Source: Planctomycetota bacterium
GTDB taxonomy: Bacteria > Planctomycetota > Phycisphaerae > Phycisphaerales > Phycisphaeraceae
Length of the DNA stretch: 64,000 bases
Assembly (NCBI GenBank): GCA_038747275.1
Contig: JBCDJW010000003.1
Location: 4,098 to 68,097 of the forward strand
Direction: 5' to 3'
The position numbers and the translations under genes were made by a program. Within the stretch, counting starts at the first letter, position 1; each line of letters starts with the position of its first letter. Shown piece after piece: positions 1 through 9,805 of the stretch. The notes below the pieces were generated by a model. That model saw only the letters and a list, made by a program, of their open reading frames with translations. It ran no database searches and had not been told where the DNA came from.

Positions 1-503
1 TGGTCGGTCGGGCAGACGAGCGCCATCGACTCATCCCGCAGCGGGCGGAAATCGACCGACGGCCACTCTTCAGGAAAAGAAACCAGCCCTAGGTCGCAGC
101 GACCGTCGAGCACGGCTTCGTGGATCACGTCCGGCCGGTCGTAGTGGACCTGGACTTCCGCGTCGGGGCAGCGGGCCATGAACCGCGACTGAACCTCCCT
201 CATCCAGCCGATGCCCGTGGAGTACATGCCGAAGACCCGGATGACGCCGCTCAGCTCGTGGTCAACTAGCCGTACTTCCTGCTCAATCGCTTCCGAACGG
301 GCTACAAGCTCTTGGCACCCCCGAAAATAGACCTTGCCGGCCGGCGTCAGCGAGATCGGGCGGACACTACGGTCGAGCAGGCGGACGCCTAAGTGCTTTT
401 CTAAGCTTTGGATACGTTGACTTGCCGCCGACTGCGTAATGCCATGTAAAGCCGCGGCCTCAGAGAGGCTGCGGCAGCGGGCTACGTCGGCAAAAAGTCG
501 CAT
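1..503 (-). CDS. LysR-family transcriptional regulator (3' end runs off the window)
   Basis: Manual translation from ATG 503: MRLFADVARCRSLSEAAALHGITQSAASQRIQSLEKHLGVRLLDRSVRPISLTPAG, a classic LysR HTH. Not in the ORF track because it is truncated. GTG 512 is an alternative start. Confidence 0.92.
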   Translation of the reverse strand, partial: MRLFADVARCRSLSEAAALHGITQSAASQRIQSLEKHLGVRLLDRSVRPISLTPAGKVYFRGCQELVARSEAIEQEVRLVDHELSGVIRVFGMYSTGIGWMREVQSRFMARCPDAEVQVHYDRPDVIHEAVLDGRCDLGLVSFPEEWPSVDFRPLRDESMALVCPTD

Positions 504-526
504 ATTTTGCACAACAAAATGATAGC

Positions 527-544
527 ATAAGCTGTATTCATTAT
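527..544. promoter_or_regulatory. Possible LysR autoregulatory site (ATAA-N10-TTAT, contains T-N11-A) in AT-rich upstream region
   Basis: ATAAgctgtattcaTTAT about 25 bp upstream of the LysR start. The motif is short and low-information. Confidence 0.35.
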
Positions 545-690
545 CAAAAACTACAGTATTAATTTTTCTTTAATTACGATTTGTACGCCATAAATAACCA
601 AAAAACGGTGTTTTTGGGACAGATTCGCCGAGAAACAAAGTCCACAGGCTTCAGTCGCGCTTTTTTATAAGGCTGTGGGGAACCGCGTAT

Positions 691-2508
691 TCACTCGGCT
701 TTTATGACAATCAGCGTGGTATCGTCGGTGGCACGGCGGGGGCCGGTGAATTGGCGGACGGTCCAGAGGATCTGGTTTAGGGCTTCGTTGGCGGATTTGT
801 CCGCGACTTCGCGTAGGAGGTTTTCGGTGCGTTCTCGGCCGAAGCGGTTGCCGTCGGCGTTCATGGCGTCGGGTAGGCCATCGGTGTAGAGCAGGAGCAT
901 GTCGCCGGGGCGGAAGTCCCAGACGCCCTTGGCGTAGGACTGGTCGCGATCGACGCCGACGATCATGCCGCCGATGTCGAGGGGGATGAGCTCGCCGTCG
1001 CGGACGAGCAGGGGGGCTTCGTGGCCTGCGTTGCAGTAGGTCAGCCGGCCCGAGTCGCGGTCGAGCGTGCCGTACCACAGCGTGACGAACTCGGCGTCGA
1101 GCGTGTCGCGGCAGAGCTGGCGGTTGACCCGAGCGATGACCTCGTCGAGGTCGTAGACGTCCTGGGCGTAGGCCCGCAGCGAGGAGCGGGCGCTAGCCAT
1201 GAGCAGCGACGCGGCGACGCCCTTACCGACGACGTCGCCCACGCCGATGCCCAAGGAGTGGTCCAGGTTGATGAAATCGTAGAAGTCGCCCGACAGCTCG
1301 AACGACGGTACGTACCGCGCCGCGATGTCGTAGCCCGGCAGCTCGGGCATCTTCCGCGGCAGCATCCGCCTTTGCACGTCGGCGGCGAGGTGCAGCTGAC
1401 GCAGCATCTTCTGGTTGTCGGCCCGGGCGGCATCGAGGCGGGTATTCTCGATCGCGGTCGCCAGCAGTTGGGCGATCGCGCGGACCAGGTCGATCTCGAA
1501 CTGCGTGAACTGGCGGATGTCTTCGGTAAAGAGTTGCAGGGTGCCGATGGCCTGGCCCTGGTAAATGATGCCGACGCAGAGCATCGACGCGAGCTTCTCG
1601 GCCCGGGCCTGCTCGGGGTAATAGACCCGGGGGTCGTCGGTCATGTCCTTGATGTAGATCGTCTCGCCGCGTAGCGCGGTGGCGAGCATCTCGCTGCGGT
1701 TGACCAGCAGCCGGCCTTTGTTGATGTAGTCCTCGGACAGGCCGGTGTTGGCGTGGCGTTCGAGGACCGGGCCGTCTTCGGTGTCGTTGAGCAGGCGGAT
1801 GACCACGGCCCGGACCTTCATCTGGTCGGCGACGGATCGGGCCGCGGTGTCGAGGGTCTGTTGCAGGTCTTCCCGGCCGGCGAGGACGGTCGAGACTTTG
1901 TAGAGCACCGAGAGTTCTTCGAGCCGTTGCTGGGCGTGGTACTGCTCGAAACAGAGCCGGGCGATGGCGTTGGCCATGAGGTAGAGGAACTGGATCGCGG
2001 CGCCGCGGTTGGTTCCGAAGGCCAGCTCGGCCGAGTCGAGGAGCTCCTGACGTTGGACATCATCGAGATCGAGCGCGTCGGCGAGGCCTTCGAGTTCTTT
2101 GAGGTCGGGGCCGAGTTCTTCGGTGGCCTGGCCGGAGGGCTTGATGACGATCGAGCCGAGGGTCTGGCCCTCGACGGTGATTGGGGCTTGGAACTGCTTG
2201 GCGCCTCCGCCGGCGTCGGCGCTTTTGTGGCTACGTTCGTCCAGGTCGATCAGCTGTTCGAAGACGAGGTCGGACTGCTGGCGTTTGGCGGCGTCGGTCG
2301 GGGCGGTGGCGGGTTGGCCGTCGGCGTCGAGGATACTGGTCGAGAGGCGGGTCACCGAGGCGAAGGCGTCCTGAATCTCCTGCAACGTGCCGAGGTCGAC
2401 AAAATCGGTAAGTGAGAGGCGCGGGGCGGTTGGCGTGATGCTCGGCCGGGCGGGAGTCGGCTGAGGTTTCGCGGAAGGGTCGGAAATAGGCGGGGGAGGG
2501 TGAGCCAT
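691..2508 (-). CDS. PP2C/SpoIIE (RsbU-like) serine phosphatase with N-terminal PocR-like sensor and GAF domain
   Basis: N-term LTDFVDLGTLQEIQDAFASVTRLSTSILDADG (PocR-like), central GAF (MLCVGIIYQGQAIGTL), and C-term SGDFYD, GDVVGKG, NAGH, LYTDGL, DDTT motifs. Confidence 0.9.
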   Translation of the reverse strand: MAHPPPPISDPSAKPQPTPARPSITPTAPRLSLTDFVDLGTLQEIQDAFASVTRLSTSILDADGQPATAPTDAAKRQQSDLVFEQLIDLDERSHKSADAGGGAKQFQAPITVEGQTLGSIVIKPSGQATEELGPDLKELEGLADALDLDDVQRQELLDSAELAFGTNRGAAIQFLYLMANAIARLCFEQYHAQQRLEELSVLYKVSTVLAGREDLQQTLDTAARSVADQMKVRAVVIRLLNDTEDGPVLERHANTGLSEDYINKGRLLVNRSEMLATALRGETIYIKDMTDDPRVYYPEQARAEKLASMLCVGIIYQGQAIGTLQLFTEDIRQFTQFEIDLVRAIAQLLATAIENTRLDAARADNQKMLRQLHLAADVQRRMLPRKMPELPGYDIAARYVPSFELSGDFYDFINLDHSLGIGVGDVVGKGVAASLLMASARSSLRAYAQDVYDLDEVIARVNRQLCRDTLDAEFVTLWYGTLDRDSGRLTYCNAGHEAPLLVRDGELIPLDIGGMIVGVDRDQSYAKGVWDFRPGDMLLLYTDGLPDAMNADGNRFGRERTENLLREVADKSANEALNQILWTVRQFTGPRRATDDTTLIVIKAE

Positions 2509-2632
2509 GGGTCGGCGATCCGTGCCTTAGTGGACTACAAAGAATACCCCTCGGGTCCGGGCGTTGCGCGCTTCGGGGCAACTTGTGGACGGTCCGTATG
2601 GTTTTGGGTTTCTGGTCCTAAGTATGAGTTAA

Positions 2633-4471
2633 TTATTTTGTCGAATCGAGCGAGGTGTCGGGCGTTTGGCCGAGCCAGATGCTGCGCAGCACGGGCAGGA
2701 GCGGATCGAGCGGCGCGGCGTTCTGGGCGATGGCCAAGCCCTGGCGGACCAGCGGCCGGGACTCGATCTGGTGGCCGAGGTAGGCCATCATCAGGCCGGG
2801 GTCGATCGAGCTGTTCTCGGTGTCGATGCCGCGTTGGATTTCGTTCTGCAGCCAGGCGAGGCGGTCCTGCGGGGGCAGGAGGTTTTGGCCGTAGCGGGTC
2901 GCGATGAGTTCGGGGTGTTGCTCGAAGAGGGACCGGAGGTTGAACGCGGCGGAGCGGATCATGCCCGCGCCGAGTTGGGCGTGGATCAGGCCGGCGAGGC
3001 CCAACGGGTTGTCGGCGGCCTCGATCCGGATCTGGCGGTAGGTGCGCTTGGCGTTGAGGAACTGGCCGGAGGCGAGCTGCTGCTCGGCCTCGGCGAACAG
3101 GGCGTTGACCCGGCCCTCACGTTCGGCGACCAATGTTTCTAGCCGGACGCTGTAGGACAGGTCGCTAAGCAGTTCGTCGACCGCAGAGGAGGGCGACTCG
3201 CCTTCGGTTTCGCCCTCGGCCGTTTCGTCTTCGCTTTCGCTAGTCAACGACGAGAGGCTGCGGATACGACGCATCGTAGCTTCGAGGGTGTTCTCGGCCT
3301 CGGCGATCTCGTCTTCGGAAGGCTCTTCGAGTGACCGCATCCACTCGGGGCGAACGGTACGGCCCTCGCGGTTCAGCCCACCTTCGGCGAGGCGTTCGGC
3401 GGCGGAGCGTTCGGCCTGCTCGCGGATCTCGGTGAGCAGGCGGGTGTAGGCGTTGCCGGCGTCTTCGCCCTCGGCGGCTTCGGTTTCTTGTTCTTGCGGC
3501 GTTGCGGCCGGGCCGAAGATCGATTCTTGGAGTTGCTGAACGCGCTGCTCAACGGTGGCGTTGCTGGCGTTGGCGCGGTTCACGGCGAGTTGGCCGAGTT
3601 CGAGGCTGGGCTTAACCAGGCCGGTAGAGTCGGTGAAGCCAAGGCGGGCGTTGCGGGCGATCAGTTCGGCGTTGTCGGCCGGGCCCTGGGTGAAGGTGTT
3701 GTTGCTGTTCAGCGGAGATACGGGGACCAGGTTGTCCGGCGAGGTGCCGAAACCTTCGAGCCGGCTGTCTTCATCGGCCGCCGACGGATCGTTGAGTAGG
3801 GGGGAGGCCGTCGGCTCGGGGCTGGGCAGCGGCCGGCGGCGGACGCCGCGGAGCGGGTCGGCGGTGACGGCGAGGGCGGTGCCGTCTTGGACCCGCAGCA
3901 CGCCGAGGGTGTTCGTTCCGGCCGCGGCGTTGAAGCGGTTGTCGTTGAAGGTGGTGGTGGAGCTGCGGTCCAGGGTCAGCTCGACGGGGAGGTTTTCGCG
4001 GAAGTCTCGGTTGACACGGAACGCGCCGCCGGTGGGGGCGAAGCGGGTGTTGGTGTTGATGGTTCGGCTGGGGGGGATGGCGGTGAAGTCGTCGAAGACC
4101 ACGACGTTGCCGCCGCGGATGCTGCCACGGCCGGGCAGGTTGGTGAGGTTGGGGGAACTGGCGAGGCTCTCGGCGCGGAAGCCGAAGAGGTCGTCGCTGC
4201 CCAGGCCGCCGATGAACGCGCCGGGGGCGGCGTAGTCGATGTCGCCCTGGAAGCCGAAGCCTCCGGCGACGTTGCCGGTGATCAGGTCGTTGCGGGCGGC
4301 GAAGTCGATCTGGTTCTGGATGGCGTTGTTGCCGCCCGAGCCAACTTGAGTGTTGGCGTCGAGGGCTCGGCCTCCGCCTTGGCTGGCGGGGAGCTGTCCG
4401 AAAGAGGGCAGCCCCAGGGTCAAGCCGGCGATTGCGGCAGCCACGGACAGGGGCAGACGTAGATTTAGCAT
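2633..4471 (-). CDS. Secreted hypothetical protein with C-terminal TPR-like helices
   Basis: Signal-peptide-like MLNLRLPLSVAAAIAGLTLG at ATG 4471 with SD GAGGAAGG. The ORF extends to 4498. Helical C-terminus. Confidence 0.7.
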   Translation of the reverse strand: MLNLRLPLSVAAAIAGLTLGLPSFGQLPASQGGGRALDANTQVGSGGNNAIQNQIDFAARNDLITGNVAGGFGFQGDIDYAAPGAFIGGLGSDDLFGFRAESLASSPNLTNLPGRGSIRGGNVVVFDDFTAIPPSRTINTNTRFAPTGGAFRVNRDFRENLPVELTLDRSSTTTFNDNRFNAAAGTNTLGVLRVQDGTALAVTADPLRGVRRRPLPSPEPTASPLLNDPSAADEDSRLEGFGTSPDNLVPVSPLNSNNTFTQGPADNAELIARNARLGFTDSTGLVKPSLELGQLAVNRANASNATVEQRVQQLQESIFGPAATPQEQETEAAEGEDAGNAYTRLLTEIREQAERSAAERLAEGGLNREGRTVRPEWMRSLEEPSEDEIAEAENTLEATMRRIRSLSSLTSESEDETAEGETEGESPSSAVDELLSDLSYSVRLETLVAEREGRVNALFAEAEQQLASGQFLNAKRTYRQIRIEAADNPLGLAGLIHAQLGAGMIRSAAFNLRSLFEQHPELIATRYGQNLLPPQDRLAWLQNEIQRGIDTENSSIDPGLMMAYLGHQIESRPLVRQGLAIAQNAAPLDPLLPVLRSIWLGQTPDTSLDSTK

Positions 4472-4648
4472 CGGTTTTCCTTCCTCGTTTCGGATCAACT
4501 CGGGCGAGGATTCAGCCCTCGGACGCCGGTTAGCATTTTACTCGTTAAATCGAAACCCGCCCGAGGAATAACCCCCGCAACTGACGAATGATTCGCGCTT
4601 TCCGTGCTTTGGCAATACATCAACCCGCGAACAGCAAATGCCGACGGA

Positions 4649-5113
4649 TCAAAGCAGCTCGAGGATTTCGAACCGCTTGGTCCCCCGGGGTAGCTCGGCC
4701 TTGACCGTGTCGCCCACGCTGGCCTTCATGAGGGCTTCGCCCAGCGGGCTGCTGACGGTGACTTCGATTTCGTCGGCGTCGAAGTTGCCCGAGGCCTCGC
4801 CGACGAGTTTGTAAAGGTCTTCGTCGCCGGCGTCGAGGTCTTTGAGCTTCACGACGCTGCCGAGGAACACCATGTTTTCCGGCAGCTCGACGTCGTCGGC
4901 GACTTGGGCGTTTTCGAGGCGCTCGGTCAGCCGGCGGATCTCGGCTTCGTCCATGCCCTGGTCGTCGCGGGCGGCGTGGTACTCGGCGTTTTCCTTTAGG
5001 TCGCCGTGGGACCGGGCCTCGGCGATGCGGGCGGTCACCTCGGGCCGGCGGTCGATGAGCTCTTGCAGCTTGGCTTCGAGCCGTTCTTTTTCTTCTTGCG
5101 TGATGAATTCCAC
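4649..5113 (-). CDS. greA: Transcription elongation factor GreA
   Basis: [17 protein letters not shown] and SSPLGEALM motifs, 154 aa. Confidence 0.97.
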   Translation of the reverse strand: MEFITQEEKERLEAKLQELIDRRPEVTARIAEARSHGDLKENAEYHAARDDQGMDEAEIRRLTERLENAQVADDVELPENMVFLGSVVKLKDLDAGDEDLYKLVGEASGNFDADEIEVTVSSPLGEALMKASVGDTVKAELPRGTKRFEILELL

Positions 5114-5151
5114 CGTTAGCTCCTTCGTGTAAACGGCTCGTTAATCCAATT

Positions 5152-5186
5152 TGCCATCCTAGCACACCCCCGCCCCCGGAAGTCAA
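5152..5186 (-). promoter_or_regulatory. Putative sigma70-type promoter of greA (TTGACT; extended -10 TGcTAGGAT)
   Basis: Minus strand reads TTGACT-tccgggggcgggggtgtgc-TAGGAT. The 19-bp spacer is long. Confidence 0.4.
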
Positions 5187-5234
5187 CGCCCCCCGAAGCC
5201 GGAACTCTGACTGGGGTAACCTTTAACTGATGGT

Positions 5235-6047
5235 TCAAGGCGATGGGGTTTGTCGTTGCCGTAATGCCATGATGCCCAGCAGCGTCCACAACACCAGCCA
5301 ACCTACAAACGCTGACACGGCGACGGTCAAGATCTGGAAGCCGTGAGTTGCGACCGCCGCCTGGGCCTGGCCGGGCGACCCCGCCGCCGAGACGCCCCAC
5401 ACGGCCTGCAGCGGGCTGAACCGCATCTCCGGCATCCCGACTTCGCGGCCTATCTGCCCGCCGGCCGCCAGCCCCATCCACCACAGCACCGGCTCCAAAA
5501 CCACCACTCCCACACACACCACCATCGCCCACGACCGCCAACCCGCCCGGTTGCTCCCCCGCCCCCACGCGATGATCAGTCCCGTCATTAATGACCAACC
5601 CGCCACCGCCACGGCCAGCCAAGCCGCCTGCTCCAGCGACCACTGCGCCGCCAACCGCAGCGGCCAGATTACCGCCTGGAACACCGCATTCAACGCGAAC
5701 CATTCCGCCGCCACCCGCCCGCAAGCCCGCGCCCAATCCCCCCCGGAAAGCTCACCCCCACCCCCGCCCCCGGAAACTTGACCCCCGGGGGTAATATTGA
5801 TTGGTCTTAGGTGTCCGCGGGCTTTCGTCGGTTGACTCAGCCGTAACGCCGGCCAAACCCCCATCATCCCCACCAGCCCCGAAAACACCATCACCCGCAG
5901 CGCCGGCATCGTCCACCCGCCTACGACCCACAGCACCACCCACGTCCCCAGCAGCCACAAGCTCCAACCCAGCACCAAGCCACGCAGCCCCATAGCGTCC
6001 TGGTCGCCGCCCGGACTGGGTGGTTTTCTCTGGGCTGTTCCGTTCAT
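5235..6047 (-). CDS. Hypothetical multi-pass membrane protein
   Basis: 270-aa ORF rich in W/G/V/L/A with several hydrophobic segments, filling the gap between greA and pgeF. Confidence 0.7.
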   Translation of the reverse strand: MNGTAQRKPPSPGGDQDAMGLRGLVLGWSLWLLGTWVVLWVVGGWTMPALRVMVFSGLVGMMGVWPALRLSQPTKARGHLRPINITPGGQVSGGGGGGELSGGDWARACGRVAAEWFALNAVFQAVIWPLRLAAQWSLEQAAWLAVAVAGWSLMTGLIIAWGRGSNRAGWRSWAMVVCVGVVVLEPVLWWMGLAAGGQIGREVGMPEMRFSPLQAVWGVSAAGSPGQAQAAVATHGFQILTVAVSAFVGWLVLWTLLGIMALRQRQTPSP

Positions 6048-6125
6048 TTGGTCAGTTTAATCGGTCTGCTTAGCGGAGTTAGCGATGTGGTGTGACCTGT
6101 CCGTCACGTGACATAAAATTACAAC

Positions 6126-6863
6126 ATGTTCAACGCCGTCAGACTGGGCCCTAGGCGAATGGTTTGGCGTTCGTCGCTTCTCGAGGACTGTGGTACACCC
6201 CACCTCTTCACGACCCGAGACTTGAATGCGCGATCGGCAGATGACCTCGTCGACCTGGTAGCGACGGCACGGTGGTTCGGAGCCAACGATCCGCCGGCTC
6301 GGATCGTGCTCTCGAAACAGGTCCACGGCTGCGCCGTCGATACTCCCGGCTCACGTCTCGCGGAAGCGGACGCTCACGTCACCGACGAACCTTGGGAGGT
6401 AGTCGCGGTGCGGACTGCCGACTGCGTGCCGGTGCTTCTGAGTACCGCCGATGGCAAGCTCGTCGCCGCGCTGCACGCCGGCTGGCGGGGGCTGGACCCG
6501 GCGGTAGGGGTGTTGGGCCGGGCGGTCGCCGCGATGTTGTCGAGGGGCAGCGTATCGGGCGTCGGTGAATTGTCGGCTGCGGTCGGGCCTTGCATCTCGG
6601 TACCAAACTATGAGGTGGGCGAAGAGGTCGCGTCACGGTTTCGAGACCGCTACCCGGACGCTTTACGCGACGACCTCGGCGATAAACCGCACCTCGACAC
6701 CCGCGCGGTCGCCGTCGCACAGCTGCGAGAAGCGGGGGTCGCAGCGGAACGCATCGACGTTTTCCCAGGTTGCACCTACGAAGACGCCGAGGCGTTTTTC
6801 AGCTTTCGGCGTGAGGGGAAAGGCGTCGGCCACCTCGCGGCATTGATCACCCCTCGGCAATAA
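6126..6863 (+). CDS. pgeF: YfiH/PgeF family polyphenol oxidase-like / purine nucleoside phosphorylase
   Basis: KQVHG, TADCVPVLL, HAGWRG, GPCI and FSFRR motifs. Confidence 0.93.
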   Translation: MFNAVRLGPRRMVWRSSLLEDCGTPHLFTTRDLNARSADDLVDLVATARWFGANDPPARIVLSKQVHGCAVDTPGSRLAEADAHVTDEPWEVVAVRTADCVPVLLSTADGKLVAALHAGWRGLDPAVGVLGRAVAAMLSRGSVSGVGELSAAVGPCISVPNYEVGEEVASRFRDRYPDALRDDLGDKPHLDTRAVAVAQLREAGVAAERIDVFPGCTYEDAEAFFSFRREGKGVGHLAALITPRQ

Positions 6864-6952
6864 AATTTGCTGTTTGCTAACACGGTGCCCTCGACCGCTC
6901 ACGGTTTCGTAATCGTGGACCCGCTGCCGTATCCGTTCTAATCTATCGCGAC

Positions 6953-8059
6953 ATGACGCCGATCATCATCCGCCAACTCTGCAAGGCCTTCGGCCAGACC
7001 GTCGCGGTCGACGGGATCGACCTCGACATCGACGCGGGTGATCTGTTTTTCCTGCTTGGCCCGTCGGGCTGCGGTAAGACGACGCTGCTGCGGATGATCG
7101 CCGGGTTCACCGACCCGACCTCCGGCGAAATCCGTTTCGGCGACGATAACGTCACCCACTTGCCGCCCAACAAACGCAACACCGGCATGGTGTTCCAGGG
7201 CTACGCCCTCTGGCCGCACATGACCGTCCGCCAGAACGTCGCCTTCGGCCTCGAAGTGCGCAAAGTCTCCAAAGCGGAAACCGATCAACGCGTCGACGAA
7301 GCGTTGGCCTCGGTCCAGCTCAGCGTGCAGGCCGAGCGCAAGATCAACCAGCTCTCCGGCGGGCAGCAGCAGCGCGTCGCCTTGGCCCGGGCACTGGTTA
7401 TCAAACCGACCGTCCTGCTGCTCGACGAGCCGTTGTCGAACCTCGACGCCAAGCTCCGCCTCGAGATGCGGCAGTCGATCCGTGACATCTGCAAAGCCTC
7501 GGGCATCACCGGCGTCTACGTCACCCACGACCAGAAGGAGGCGCTGTCGATGGCCGATGGTGTCGCCGTGCTCAACGCCGGACGGGTTATGCAGGTCGGC
7601 CCGCCGCGTAAATTGTACGAACGGCCGGCGAACCGCTTCGTCGCCGACTTCCTCGGCGAGACCAACTTCATCACCGCCGAGGTCCGGGGCAAAGAACCCA
7701 ATCCGGACGGGGGCGAATACGTCGTGCTTGACACCCCGATGGGCCCGCTCCGCTCGAGTGTCTACCCCGACGAGCTGCCCGAGGCCGGCAACGTCACCGT
7801 CTCGATCCGCCCCGAGACGATCACGCTGTCGCCCCAGGCCTTCCCCGATTCACCCAACACCGCGTTCGGCGGAACCAACCACTTCGCCGCCACGGCCGCC
7901 GGCTCGGTCTACCTAGGCGAGATGGCTCAGTACCGGTTGGCGATCAACGACGACACCAGCCTCAAGGCCTTCGAGCTCAACCCCCGCTTCGTCGAGGCCG
8001 TCGGCCCCATCCAGTCGGCCGCGGTCGACCCTCAAGACGTGGTGATCCTCAGCGACTGA
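6953..8059 (+). CDS. ABC importer ATP-binding subunit (PotA/FbpC/CysA-like, TOBE C-terminus)
   Basis: Walker A GPSGCGKT, signature LSGGQQQR, LLLDEP, YVTHDQ. Confidence 0.95.
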   Translation: MTPIIIRQLCKAFGQTVAVDGIDLDIDAGDLFFLLGPSGCGKTTLLRMIAGFTDPTSGEIRFGDDNVTHLPPNKRNTGMVFQGYALWPHMTVRQNVAFGLEVRKVSKAETDQRVDEALASVQLSVQAERKINQLSGGQQQRVALARALVIKPTVLLLDEPLSNLDAKLRLEMRQSIRDICKASGITGVYVTHDQKEALSMADGVAVLNAGRVMQVGPPRKLYERPANRFVADFLGETNFITAEVRGKEPNPDGGEYVVLDTPMGPLRSSVYPDELPEAGNVTVSIRPETITLSPQAFPDSPNTAFGGTNHFAATAAGSVYLGEMAQYRLAINDDTSLKAFELNPRFVEAVGPIQSAAVDPQDVVILSD

Positions 8060-8086
8060 CTCAATGCAGGTGACGGCGGGTATCGC

Positions 8087-8114
8087 TTGATCCGCCGCCG
8101 CAAATCGCTACTCT
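8087..8114 (+). promoter_or_regulatory. Putative promoter of tRNA-Asn (TTGATC-16-TACTCT)
   Basis: Hexamers lie about 20 nt upstream of the tRNA 5' end. Confidence 0.45.
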
Positions 8115-8133
8115 ATTGCGTTCACCGCACGTT

Positions 8134-8206
8134 TCCCGCGTAGCTCAATCGGTAGAGTAGGTGACTGTTAATCACTTGGTTGCTGGTTCGAGTCCAGCCG
8201 CGGGAG
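8134..8206 (+). tRNA. tRNA-Asn (GTT)
   Basis: Acceptor TCCCGCG/CGCGGGA, D arm TAGCTCAATCGGTAGAG, anticodon loop CT-GTT-AA, T arm GCTGG-TTCGAGT-CCAGC. CCA is not encoded. Confidence 0.97.
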
Positions 8207-8213
8207 CTTCTCA

Positions 8214-8248
8214 AACGCCTTGCATTCGATTGCGGGGCGTTGTTTTTT
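8214..8248 (+). terminator. Rho-independent terminator after tRNA-Asn
   Basis: AACGCCTTGCA-ttcgat-TGCGGGGCGTT (11 bp, two G-U pairs) followed by GTTTTTT. Confidence 0.8.
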
Positions 8249-8285
8249 ACTCGGTCTGTTTCCCGGCTCTGATTTTGGGGACGCG

Positions 8286-9782
8286 ATGGCACCAGACGAC
8301 CTGGACAAACTGGCGAAGCTCTTGCGGGCCAAGCACCCCGTTGTGACGGCCGATGGCCGAGACGAGACGATGCTACTGGACGGTTTGCTGGTGGCCACCA
8401 GTTCCGGGCTGCAGCAGGTGTGGCGGTGGTCGGCGGTGAGCGGGCTACGTCGGGGCGTGTTGGGTGAGGCGGTTGAGAAAGACGAGACCGAGCACCCTGC
8501 CGCGGCGTTGTATTACATCCTGCAGTCGAAAACGTTTCGGCCGATCCTGATTTTGCTCGATGTGCTCGAGTTCTTGCCGGACCCGAAGGTGGCGCGTCTG
8601 CTGAAGGAGGTCTGTGAAGCGTACGAGGCCAAGGGCGGGACCGTGTTTTTCGTCGGCGACACCGCCAAGCTCCCGGCGTCGATCGGCGCGGTGGCGGTGC
8701 CGTTCGAGATGTCGTTGCCTAACGACGAAGCGCTGCACGAGTTGGTGCAGAAAGAAGCCCGCGAAGCGAACCGCAAAAAGGGTATCCGGGTCAAGGTCTC
8801 GGGCCGGGCGATGCAGGCGATGGTGCGAAACCTCCGCGGGCTGACGCTCGCTCAGGCCCGGCGGGTCGTCGGCGAGGCGATGATGGAGGACTTCGCCTTC
8901 ACCGACGAAGACGCCAACACGATGCTGGCGACCAAGCGGCGTCTCCTACACGAAGACGGACTGCTGGAATACATCCAGACCCCGCTGGGGCTGAACGAGA
9001 TCGCGGGGCTCAAAAACCTGAAGCAGTGGCTAAAGGTCCGGGCGGACGCGTTCAGCGACGATGCGGAAGACTTCGGCCTCCGGCCGCCGCGGGGGATGCT
9101 GCTGCTGGGCGTACCGGGGGCGGGCAAGAGTCTGTGTGCTAAAGCGGTAGCCTCGTCGTGGCAGCGGCCGCTGCTGCGTCTCGACCCCTCGGCGTTGTAC
9201 GACCGCTTTATCGGCGAGTCGGAGCGACGCCTGCGGTTGGCGCTGGAGCAGGCCGAGGCGATGAGCCCGCTGGTGCTGTGGATCGACGAGATCGAGAAGG
9301 GCTTCGCTTCCGCCGCGGCCCAGAGCAACGACGGCGGGTTGTCGCAACGCATGTTCGGCACGCTGCTGAACTGGATGCAGGAACACACCACCCCGGTCTT
9401 CATCGTCGCCACCGCGAACAATATCGATGCGCTGCCGCCCGAGTTGCTCCGCAAGGGCCGGTTCGACGAGATCTTTTTCGTGGACCTGCCTTCGTCGTCG
9501 GTGCGTCAGGCGATCTTCCGCATCCACCTCAAACGGCGGCGCCTCGACCCGAGAAAGTTCGACCTCAAGAAACTCGCCGAAGCCTCAGCGGGCTACACCG
9601 GGGCCGAGATCGAAGCGGCGATCGAGTCGGCGCTGTTCGACGGCTTCCCCGCCCGGAAACGCCCCGGCACCGCGGCGCTGATCGCGTCGGTCCGCCGCTC
9701 GCCGCCACTGTCGGTGACGATGGGCGAGAAGCTGGACCACTTGCGTCGCTGGGCCGAGTCGCGGACCGTGATGGCGAACTAA
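8286..9782 (+). CDS. AAA+ ATPase, Ycf46-like
   Basis: Walker A GVPGAGKS, Walker B WIDEIEKG, ATANNI, LLRKGRFDEIFFVDLP, and a degenerate N-terminal domain. Start placed at ATG 8286 (downstream of the terminator); the ORF track starts at 8220. Confidence 0.9.
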   Translation: MAPDDLDKLAKLLRAKHPVVTADGRDETMLLDGLLVATSSGLQQVWRWSAVSGLRRGVLGEAVEKDETEHPAAALYYILQSKTFRPILILLDVLEFLPDPKVARLLKEVCEAYEAKGGTVFFVGDTAKLPASIGAVAVPFEMSLPNDEALHELVQKEAREANRKKGIRVKVSGRAMQAMVRNLRGLTLAQARRVVGEAMMEDFAFTDEDANTMLATKRRLLHEDGLLEYIQTPLGLNEIAGLKNLKQWLKVRADAFSDDAEDFGLRPPRGMLLLGVPGAGKSLCAKAVASSWQRPLLRLDPSALYDRFIGESERRLRLALEQAEAMSPLVLWIDEIEKGFASAAAQSNDGGLSQRMFGTLLNWMQEHTTPVFIVATANNIDALPPELLRKGRFDEIFFVDLPSSSVRQAIFRIHLKRRRLDPRKFDLKKLAEASAGYTGAEIEAAIESALFDGFPARKRPGTAALIASVRRSPPLSVTMGEKLDHLRRWAESRTVMAN

Positions 9783-9805
9783 ATCTATCGATTGATTGAC
9801 GACAC

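Noticed and set aside
5172-5182. GCCCCCGGAAG in the greA promoter spacer, and TTCCGGGGGC copies at about 5765, 17789, 56281, 56300 and 58211, matching the candidate sRNA motif
   Set aside because: The coding copies are explained by Ser-Gly-Gly codons (TCC GGG GGC) or similar GC-rich coding. The greA copy has no hairpin or U-tract and lies in an untranscribed spacer. Kept only as possible sRNA target sites.
5300-6000. Extreme C-rich plus strand with G-runs on the minus strand as a repeat or G-quadruplex element
   Set aside because: Explained by Gly/Trp/Val/Ala-rich membrane-protein coding on the minus strand.
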